This document shows, one piece after another, positions 51,512 to 61,497 of a DNA stretch of 64,000 nucleotides. A program made the translations under genes and the position numbers. This stretch comes from Basidiobolus meristosporus CBS 931.73 (taxonomy: Eukaryota > Fungi > Basidiobolomycota): positions 1 through 64,000 of the forward strand of contig MCFE01000486.1 in the NCBI GenBank assembly GCA_002104905.1. The letters are read 5' to 3'. The notes beneath the pieces are model-generated. The model was not told the DNA's origin. It saw only the letters and a program-made list of their open reading frames with translations, and did no database searches. How positions within the stretch are numbered: position 1 is the stretch's first letter; every line of letters starts with the position of its first letter.

Positions 51512-52180
51512 CTAATAGTCATAATTCTCGAAAGGATTCATGGTAAACGGAGCTTTGTAGCCATTTTTTGGCATCATGGGTAACACCACACTACTGCGAA
51601 GTCCATTCTTGATCATATTTTCGGTGGCAGGGATGATTGTGTTATACTGAGATCCAGGACCATGTGGGATCATACAAACACGTTCTCCGACACAGTTGGG
51701 TTCGCTATAAAAGCAATAGATGGCTTCGGTAGGCCAGTAAAGGACAAAGCCTCCGTTATTCTCAACGGGGTCAATGTTTGCGCACTGCCTAAACTCAGGA
51801 TACGTGATGGGGAAGCCATCCACGCCGCTGGCATCACTGGCTAAAGAAATTGTCGCAGTTGCGGCAACAGTTTCGTTGACATCGTTGTCCTCAATGGCTG
51901 CTTGGTTGGCCGGGCTACTCCAGATCAAAAACCTTGCATCCAGCTCTGATGCCACCACCCCGGAGAACCATGCAGGGTTGCAAACAGGAAAGCCTCCATA
52001 TAGATTCTGCGCCTCTTCGGAGTTGTTACAAGGAGCATCAACAGGGTACTCTTGCTCAATCGGTGTGGAAGTAAGCGCAGGAATCTTCCCCGTGAGGTCA
52101 AGAGTGATCCCGGTAGGCTTAGCTAAGGCAGAAGCAGCAAGCACGGTCCAAACAGCTAGGGCGGTCAAGCGAAGTTGCAT
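51512..52180 (-). CDS. Secreted protein of unknown function (intronless, about 222 aa)
   Basis: Signal peptide MQLRLTALAVWTVLAASALA; Cys motif YCFYSEPNCVG near the C-terminus. Confidence 0.7.
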   Translation of the reverse strand: MQLRLTALAVWTVLAASALAKPTGITLDLTGKIPALTSTPIEQEYPVDAPCNNSEEAQNLYGGFPVCNPAWFSGVVASELDARFLIWSSPANQAAIEDNDVNETVAATATISLASDASGVDGFPITYPEFRQCANIDPVENNGGFVLYWPTEAIYCFYSEPNCVGERVCMIPHGPGSQYNTIIPATENMIKNGLRSSVVLPMMPKNGYKAPFTMNPFENYDY

Positions 52181-55100
52181 ATTAATCTTTGGGGTTGGGA
52201 TGCTCCACAAATACACGCATAGCATCTATTATATACCGATGATGCCCCTGCTTCCCTCCGTTGTCTGACTGATGCCTTATCGCAGTGGAAAATTCCATCC
52301 GTCTGATTTTTGCTTGCTATCATTTTTCCACCTCATCCTACCAGACACTAGGTGGCAACAGCATCTTGACCACGCCAAGCAGCCGCAGAGGTATTCATGA
52401 AAGTGGAATATTCTATTACGCTACTCAATATAGTAATGCAAGTGGTTGTTTGTCAGTACAACATTCTAGCTGCTTCCTACCGACCAACTTGGTGGAGTGG
52501 TGGTCAACACTGCAACACATGTGAAAAAAGATAGATTTACCAAAAGGGGCTAGTCAAAGAAGTAGATATCAAATGAGAGCACGAGTGAGGTATATCCTTG
52601 TATATATGTCATGTATCTACTTGCTCCTACAAAACTGACCCGATGTGTAAGATGCAAATTTATTGGTCTTACCAGGTCTGTTGTTATTGACCCAAGGATG
52701 AGGGATAATACAGCCAGTGTGAAATTATTTGGTGTGTCACAAGATCGCACAATATGAATATTGATGCACCATCTGAGTTGTACATTAGCCTTGAACGCTG
52801 CCTTCTAAGCTTCATGTTATGGATAGCCTCAGTGAGGAGAATTGATGGTCTTTTTTTATTCATAGAATCATCATATTCTGCGCCTAGCCAATGGTCTATT
52901 GTAATTTGGCTTCTATTTTCATTGCTCGTAATACTTGTATGTACTTCCATTTTTGGCGAAATTCGCCGATAAGGAATAAATATGGTTTGAGAATGTAGTT
53001 ATCACGAACAATCTTTATTACTAATCCCAAGTAGCTCGATCAATCTGTATGAACTTGTATGGGCAAATGGGGTTCAAGAAATTGGCATTTACATCATCAT
53101 TGCGGTGCTGAGCTCTTCAAACAATGCATAAAGGAATGAGTCAATTTCAGATGGCAATTAGAAGTAAATAAGCTCGATTGTAGCTAATACCGAGCTCAGA
53201 GATGTCAGTGACTTTTGATAAAACAACAGTAGCTCAACATGAATGGATGGGAGCGGTAGCATTTCAACCAGAATTTGATGATCATACTGCCATTGCAGTG
53301 AATCATAAAAAACGCTTTGCCCCAAGTCGAAGTATTTTGCTACAATATGTGAGAAAACTAAACACACCAAGTGCTGCTGATAAGTGTGGTTTCTCAGGGA
53401 GATATGGGATATTGCAATATAATCAGCAAAACCGCTTTTTTATTATCTCTCATTGTTAGTTGGACTGGGGGAAGACACAGCTCAAATGCTGCATAGACAA
53501 GTTGTTTAAGAGGAAACTCTATTCTAGACGGTTATTTAGATACAGTAATCACTCCCACAAGCATGTGAAGTGCTCAGATGACAAGTACTATGCTGCTCCG
53601 TAAATGCATCATTGTGATGAAGTCTTTAGTGAGGGTAGGAGGGTGACAGTCACCATAAAGTGAAATCTTTATTTCAATAACTCATAATAACGAAGCAAAG
53701 TGCGATATGTGTAGCTTTTTAACAAGTGAACAAAGAGAGGTATCTTTTTGCGACAGCTTATATAAATGACTACTAAGCTGAAAAGGAGTCAAGACAGGGT
53801 TAAGTGGCTGTGGGGGTATAACTGAAGGAGGTAATGGGTTATTGAGAGGAGCTAATGATATTTCATATAACAAAGTCATTTTTGGCTACATCGGCGGTGA
53901 CCTACCAAGGTGGATCGCCGCGTGATAAACAGAATCTGTTGATCAACATTTAGATGAATAGCCTCTCATTTGCAGTTGTAAATACCGATACTTTCATCTT
54001 CCAAATCGTTTTCTGGATTGAATTTTATGAAGGATTTACTGTTTTGTCGACTACATTGCCGGATTTTGAGTCATGCCTCAAACGGTACTGAATTTATTTC
54101 TACCACATTAATTCAGTTTTTTATTGAGCAGTTAGTAACAGGAAGCTGTCGTACGCACACGGCAAAGTACTGACGCTGCTAAGTGTATGTTTCATTTGAT
54201 AGCGATGGTGTGCTTACTAACTTGGACCTGGCTTAGTGCTCCATTTCTTTCGATTCCTTTTGACGCGACTCGGTCAGGCGCTATTAATAAGTATATATTA
54301 AAAGAAATAAGTACCTGAACCAGTACCTATTTGAGCTATATATGTACAAATCAACATTCAGTAATGCACTCGAAAGGGCTCGAGAAGTGGCGTTAAATAA
54401 AATCTCTTCCCAATTTTCTTACTGTATATTCGTCCATGGATTAACAAATCGATCACATATACTTGTCATCCGCAAGCAGAAGTAGCCGTAGCAAGAAACG
54501 AAACCTCCAGGATTTGATTGGATGGCTTGTAAAGCATCATCATTAGCGGCAATTCTATACAGCCATTCACCCACACTGACTTTCGTTTAGAAGACGAAAT
54601 GGACCTTAGACTCAGCTCAGAGGTATATGAAGCCTATATTAGCTCTCATGAAGTCCAAGAATCTATTGTCTGCCACAGTTACCTAGAATATACATTTTCT
54701 TCAATAGATTCACGATTGAACCACTGTACCATGAACGTTTTGATTACGGGAAAGGCTTACAATTGGCCTATAACAACCTTTTGAGCACCAATAAAGATCC
54801 CTGTTGGATGATTTAGTAGAAGCCAAATTTCGTGGTGGCTCTGTTACTTATTTCGGACAGTAATCATGATGAAATATGGGTGATAATCCATCTCAAGCAA
54901 CGAACGGATATCCTGTAAGCTGCCATGACAATTGTTTTACTGACGTAAAGACTGTCCAAATCAATTTTCAAGTGCGATTCTGGAAGCCCAGACCAAAATG
55001 CATGCTCAAGGTGGGTAAAGATATTGTCTACACTACCTCAATTGTCAAGGAGAGGCATAGTGCCGAGTCTGAGTTAGCGGGCATCAAAGCCACCGCCTAT

Positions 55101-55729
55101 CATTTCCATCAATCGGTAATCGAGATATCCGACGCGCAACATATGGTAACCAGTTACCGAATTGAGTGGTGATACATGGAAACTTGTGATAATATTCAAG
55201 TCAAACTACAAATAGAAGCGTTTCAATGGATACGTTTTATCATCCGAAGGATATACTAACCACATGTGCATGCCATATTTTTCATAAAATTGCCTGCAAT
55301 GCACCCTGAGACCAATCTACTGAAATCCAGCTAGTCGGGAGTGATACACGATATAATCTCAAATACCATCTTAGAGCTAAGTAGTTGATCAAAAACCCGA
55401 TCCGGAAATCGTACACAGATCTACACAGATATTCGGTGGTCATTGGCTGGCTCCAAATTTATTTGGCACACTGCGGAACCCAGAAAGTCAACTGAAATAA
55501 CCATATATGGCAATGATGGAAATAACGACCAGGCCTTCAATTGCCAATATCAGACAGAAAATGTGATCTAACCAGCACAGGCTAAAACGCCGCTCATAAA
55601 AAGTTTGATCGTAATTGTCGGTGCAACACGTGATACCTGAATTTATTGATGGTAGTTCGCAAAAACGGTGTAAACGCATTACACTTGGTGACGAGCAACA
55701 CGAGAGTGCTGAACATGTAAAGGGCACAA

Positions 55730-56722
55730 TTACTGTGCCTTTGCGGTCTTCTTGACTTCGAACCGGCGGTTGGTCGCAGGGGCATCATATTCCAGTTTAG
55801 TGGAGCCTTTACAGTAAGCATCAGTGGTGCCACAGTAGCCATAGCTGGAGCAGCAGTAGCCAGGTTGGCACTGACGCATCACATCTCCAAACCAGCCACA
55901 ACGTCTATCAGTTTGATTTGCAACAACAATGTCTATTCCCAAATTATTGGGATCGTATGGATACCACTGCCATTGTATGGGTTTGTTGTTATATCCATCG
56001 TAGCCAGCCGGGCCGTTGATAGACATCCAGATAGCCGTTTTATTATCTGCGAAGCCTGCACCCCATGTGCCGTCGGGACCAGGATATGTATAAGATATTG
56101 AGCCACCGAGCGAGGGGTACCAATACTTGGCGCCATTATGTTTGTAGGCTTGTTTACTCCAAACGCCCACGCGCATTCCATTGTCGAGTCCCTGGGGATT
56201 TTCGAGAAATTGGTCGAAGCGGCCAAGACCATTGCTTAGGTTGTCGTTGATAACCCGCAGTTTACCAAATAGCATCCATTCGTCATCAATACGTAGTTGG
56301 GCTGTGTAGATCAAATAATCACCATCCTCCTCGTAATCAATCTGGAAGCCGTAATCCACTCCATCAAGCCATGGATAAAAGTACTGCATGTGGGACCCAG
56401 TGCCCTCGTGGCCAAAGCGACTAGTCACACACTCCTTGCATGTCTCCACTACGGTTGCTCGTCCTTTGGAGTTGTCCCAGAGAGAGAAGAGGAATACACG
56501 TTTTTCGGCCCATGTCTGCATTCCCATATATCCGTTGTTCCAGCCGATGGCCTCCCAGTAAGTTTGGTTGGGACTAAATTCAGGAACAGACCTAACGTCA
56601 GTCTGAAAGGAGATAAACTTCTTCCCATCATCGGGGAGACTGGCATGGTTGTGCATTGCCTGCGAGAGCACCTTTGCTGCGAACAGCGAGGTAAGCGAGA
56701 GGAAAAGAGTTGGAAGCTGCAT
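55730..56722 (-). CDS. Secreted DUF3472-like + hevein/CBM18 chitin-binding protein (copy 1)
   Basis: Signal peptide; GW..GYMGMQ..RVFLFSLWD, FGHEGTG..YPW..G..Y.F and QFLEN (DUF3472-like); C-terminal CG.....CQPGYCCSSYGYCGTTDAYC (CBM18). Confidence 0.8.
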   Translation of the reverse strand: MQLPTLFLSLTSLFAAKVLSQAMHNHASLPDDGKKFISFQTDVRSVPEFSPNQTYWEAIGWNNGYMGMQTWAEKRVFLFSLWDNSKGRATVVETCKECVTSRFGHEGTGSHMQYFYPWLDGVDYGFQIDYEEDGDYLIYTAQLRIDDEWMLFGKLRVINDNLSNGLGRFDQFLENPQGLDNGMRVGVWSKQAYKHNGAKYWYPSLGGSISYTYPGPDGTWGAGFADNKTAIWMSINGPAGYDGYNNKPIQWQWYPYDPNNLGIDIVVANQTDRRCGWFGDVMRQCQPGYCCSSYGYCGTTDAYCKGSTKLEYDAPATNRRFEVKKTAKAQ

Positions 56723-57789
56723 GATATTCTACCGAAACATGGAACTCGACCATGCTTATAAAGCAGTTCCATTTTGCCAACACAACGATCACGTTTCGTT
56801 ACAAATTATGAGAACAAGCAGAGATTTCACCCTGATTTAGTAGTGGATGATTGTGCTCTACTATTGTGGCAACTCGGGTAGTTGAGTACCACTTAGTATG
56901 AAATGAATGGATCCTCAATGGTGATCCACGGATAAATAACATCGTTGATGATGGTTTCATGCGGCTTATAGAAGATTCCAAAACTAAAGGTATCTTACAT
57001 ACTGGTCTTGATAAATGACGGTCCAAGGAAGGATTATCTGAATTCGGATGTAGCTGCTCCTACAGTGCACACATGACGCATTAGTATACAGTCAGTGAAC
57101 CTAGAGTGTTCTATCATAGCGCGAGGAATTCGGAACTACAATAATGGCATAGGCTATAAGCAGTAACTTGTGCACAACCCTCTTTCTTCTCAGCAATTGT
57201 GAAGCTCGGAAGAGGCTATACCAACACCACAGCCATCGAGGGTCAAATCCAACGCTTCAGTTAGGAAATATAGACATTCTTCACCATGCGCCAAGGAGCA
57301 CGAGCATGGCGGATGCAATATCCTGGTGAGACAGTTTGCCAAAGATGAGTTGTAATGTGCACACTACTCCAGAACGTCAACACATTCTAGCATATCTACT
57401 AATAATGATCAGTGTCTAAAATGCGGTGGCGATAGCCTGTCCACTGCTCATTTCACAAATTACTCACACATTTGGAATATAGTTTAGCCATACCGCACGT
57501 GATATTTCAGCGTTCCTCGCGTATCATACCTTCATAGACACTCTCATAGAACTTCATAGTATCCGGGTGTATAAGGTTAAGGTTCCGATTGCTTGACTTA
57601 ATAAATGTTCCGATTAAGGTTAGTTCAATGTGGCCAATAGATTACCTAAAATAATCTTTGTCGAGATTCCGATTTAGAGTTAGCATTATGTTTCAGTAAG
57701 GAGCTGAGCATCATGGAAAATCACACTAAACTCCATTTTTGACCAAGCCGATAAACACATAGATTTCCCTTTTCTGAAAGTATCATTTG

Positions 57790-58120
57790 ATTTGGTTGAT
57801 GCAACCAGGGTCCGATTGGTGGTCGACAAATGTGGGATGGAGGATTGATAGGTGATGCGAGATAGAGGTATCTGCGGGCTGGCCAAGCCTTTTGATCTTG
57901 CCAAAGATTTGCTTATATGGAAAACCCCACTTAAAAATATGGCTTAGGGGCTCGTCGGAACACTTTGAAAGATAAACATTTGCGCAGACCCGACATACTC
58001 CCCATTTCCAGGGCTTCGTGACAGATCTTGCATCAGCTTCCTGTTCCGTCAGAAGTAAATCTGGAAAATACCAAAATTTCCCGGATTGATTGAACTGGAA
58101 CAACATGACTTATGACCAAC
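57790..58120 (-). pseudogene. Remnant resembling the N-terminus of an MFS monocarboxylate (Mch-like) transporter; mirror copy at ~59110-59440 (+)
   Basis: NFGIFQTYF and YVG(S/P)AQMFIF resemble SFGVFQxYY and WIGSxQxF. In-frame stops are present in both copies. Confidence 0.4.
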
Positions 58121-60504
58121 ATTCAGCAAACTCATTGGGCAATTGGGATACTGAAGCCACTGTTTAGTGCTTCGGGGCGTAAGTATGTGGCCAATCATTA
58201 TCAATATTAATAAAGAGAAAAGTTAGGATGCGGGCATTGTGGTAATGGCCAGGTGAGGGAAAGCCACCAGTATAGTGAGATCTTTATCTCACTCAGTATG
58301 TACAAAACTACTAAAGCTAAGGTAAGGAAGCCAGGAAAGTGTTACTCACCATCCCAAGTAAGCAATCTAGAACTTTGTTTCTTGGTTACGTTGCCCTGAA
58401 TTGAATGAAGCCACTTACTCAAATGGCTTGCAGCTATTATTCTTACTTGCTCCAGCTGTGTTACAACCAGTATCTATTTCTAGAGCTTCTGTGTTAAACT
58501 ATGTACTGTTGTCATCCTGTAAAAGCACTAAAATTCTCACCATAAGATGTACATCCCTACCGGCTTAAATTTTTGCCATATTTTTGACTGCAAATATAGA
58601 TCTCACCAACTCTTATTGACTTTTCCTCCTTCCTAGCGCTAAGTAGCGCTCCCACAAGATTTCATGCTGGCATATCTTTGCCGACTTTGTGCCAGTTACT
58701 GTTCTAGCTGTAAAGTTACTGAGAGCAGAAAAGCCCAAACTGTATTATTTATTCTATAGAAAAATGCCATTTATAATATGTAATTTCCCAACGCACTTTG
58801 ATTTTCTCTTCTCCTGAGAGTAACCTCATATAATTCAGTGCAATATCACCCAAGAAACAAAGCTCAAGTTAGACTATTTACTAATGATATTCAATTAATC
58901 TTTGCGGCCTTCTTTACTTTAGCCTTGGTAACTTTGTACCTACTTAGTAAGATAAGGATCTCACCATACTGGTGGCTTTCCCTCCCCTGACTGTTACCAG
59001 AATGCCTGCATCTTAACTTTCCCCTCTATTGATGCTAATAATGATTGGCCGCGTACGTGCACCTGAAGCACGGAACAATGACCTCGGTATTCCAGTTGCC
59101 CAATGAGTGATTGTGTGTCGATTGTTGATAATAAGTCATGTCGTTCCAGTTCAATCAATCCGGTAAATTTTGGTATTTTCCAGACTTACTTCGGACGGGA
59201 TAAGAAGCTGATACAAGGTCTGACACAAAGCCCTGGAAATGGGGAGTATGTTGGGCCTGCGCAAATGTTTATCTTTCTAAGTATTCCGACTAGCCCCTAA
59301 GCCATATTTTTAAGTGGGGTTTTCCATATAAGTAAAATTTTGGCACAACCAATAGGCTTGGCCAGCCCGCTGATACCACCATCTTGCATGACCCATTGAT
59401 CCCCCATCACATATTTGTTGTCCATCAATCAGACCCTGGTTGCATCAACCAAATCGAATGATACTTTCAGAAAAGGGAAATCTATGTGTTTATCGGCTTG
59501 GTCAAAAATGGAGTTTAGTGTGATTTTCCATGATGCTCAGCTCCTTACTGAAACATAATGCTAACTCTAAATCGGAATCTCGACAAAGATTATTTTAGGT
59601 AATCTATTGGCCACATTGAACTAACCTTAATCGGAACATTTATTAAGTCAAGCAATCGGAACCTTAACCTTATACACCCGGATACTATGAAGTTCTATGA
59701 GAGTGTCTATGAAGGTATGATACACGAGGAACGCTGAAATATCACCTGAGGTATGGTTAAGCTATATTCCAAATGTGTGAGTAATTTGTGAAATGAGCAG
59801 TGGACAAGCTATCGCCACTGCATTTTAGACACTGATCATTATTAGTGGGTATGCTAGATTGCGTTGACGTTCTGGAGCAGCGCGTACATTGCAACTTATT
59901 TTTGGCAAACTGTCTCGCCATGCTCGTGCTCCTTGGCGCATGGTGAAGAATGTCTATATTTCCTAACTGAAGCGTTGGATTTGACCCTCGATGGCTGTGG
60001 TGTTGGCATAGCCTCTTCCGAGCTTCACAATTGCTGAGAAGAAAGAGGGTTGTGCACAAGTTACTGCTTATAGCCTATGCCATTATTGTAGTTCCGAATT
60101 CCTCGCGCTATGATAGAACACTCTAGGTTCACTGACTGTATACTAATGCGTCATGTGTGCACTGTAGGAGCCGCTACATCCGTATTCAGATAATCCTTCC
60201 TTGGACCGCCATTTATCAAGACCAGTATGTAAGATATCCTTAGTTTTGGAATCTTCTATAAGCCGCATGAAACCATCATCAACGATGTTATTTATCCGTG
60301 GATCACCATTGAGGATCCGTTCATTTCATACTAAGTGGTACTCAACTACCCGAGTTGCCACAATAGTAGAGCACAATCATCCACTACTAAATCAGGGTGA
60401 AATCTCTGCTTGTTTTCATAATTTGTAATGAAAAGTGATCTTTGTGTTGGCAAAATGGAACTGCTTTATAAGCATGGTCGAGTTCCATGTTTCGGTGGAA
60501 TATC

Positions 60505-61497
60505 ATGCAGCTTCCAACCCTTTTCCTCTCGCTTACCTGGCTGTTCGCAGCAAAGGTGCTCTCGCAGGCAATGCACAACCATGCCAGTCTCCCCGATGAT
60601 GGGAAGAAGTTTATCTCCTTTCAGACTGACGTTAGGTCTGTTCCTGAATTTAGTCCCAACCAAACTTACTGGGAGGCCATCGGCTGGAACAACGGATATA
60701 TGGGAATGCAGACATGGGCCGAAAAACGTGTATTCCTCTTCTCTCTCTGGGACAACTCCAAAGGACGAGCAACCGTAGTGGAGACATGCAAGGAGTGTGT
60801 GACTAGTCGCTTTGGTCACGAGGGCACTGGGTCCCACATGCAGTACTTCTATCCATGGCTTGATGGAGTGGATTACGGCTTCCAGATTGATTACGAGGAG
60901 GATGGTGATTATTTGATCTACACAGCCCAACTACGTATTGATGACGAATGGATGCTATTTGGTAAACTGCGGGTTATCAACGACAACCTAAGCAATGGTC
61001 TTGGCCGCTTCGACCAATTTCTCGAAAATCCCCAGGGACTCGACAATGGAATGCGCGTGGGCGTTTGGAGTAAACAAGCCTACAAACATAATGGCAGCAA
61101 GTATTGGTACCCCTCGCTCGGTGGCTCAATATCTTATACATATCCTGGTCCCGACGGCACATGGGGTGCAGGCTTCGCAGATAATAAAACGGCTATCTGG
61201 ATGTCTATCAACGGCCCGGCTGGCTACGATGGATATAACAACAAACCCATACAATGGCAGTGGTATCCATACGATCCCAATAATTTGGGAATAGACATTG
61301 TTGTTGCAAATCAAACTGATAGACGTTGTGGCTGGTTTGGAGATGTGATGCGTCAGTGCCAACCTGGCTACTGCTGCTCCAGCTATGGCTACTGTGGCAC
61401 CACTGATGCTTACTGTAAAGGCTCCACTAAACTGGAATATGATGCCCCTGCGACCAACCGCCGGTTCGAAGTCAAGAAGACCGCAAAGGCACAGTAA
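60505..61497 (+). CDS. Secreted DUF3472-like + hevein/CBM18 chitin-binding protein (copy 2)
   Basis: Mirror copy of 55730-56722, differing by two residues (S12W and an A->S in HNGAKY). Confidence 0.8.
   Translation: MQLPTLFLSLTWLFAAKVLSQAMHNHASLPDDGKKFISFQTDVRSVPEFSPNQTYWEAIGWNNGYMGMQTWAEKRVFLFSLWDNSKGRATVVETCKECVTSRFGHEGTGSHMQYFYPWLDGVDYGFQIDYEEDGDYLIYTAQLRIDDEWMLFGKLRVINDNLSNGLGRFDQFLENPQGLDNGMRVGVWSKQAYKHNGSKYWYPSLGGSISYTYPGPDGTWGAGFADNKTAIWMSINGPAGYDGYNNKPIQWQWYPYDPNNLGIDIVVANQTDRRCGWFGDVMRQCQPGYCCSSYGYCGTTDAYCKGSTKLEYDAPATNRRFEVKKTAKAQ

Noticed and set aside
54365-54405. Three clustered 1-bp indels between otherwise identical arms (mirror ~62820-62850)
   Set aside because: Could equally be consensus sequencing error; no biological claim made.
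53228-55700. Short mirrored ORFs (60-100 aa) in the outer arms as genes
   Set aside because: No recognisable motifs, and their identity between arms simply reflects the duplication.
59757-60059. 100-aa ORF with CxxC pairs in the right arm
   Set aside because: Non-ATG start, the mirror copy is altered by an indel, and no family is recognised.
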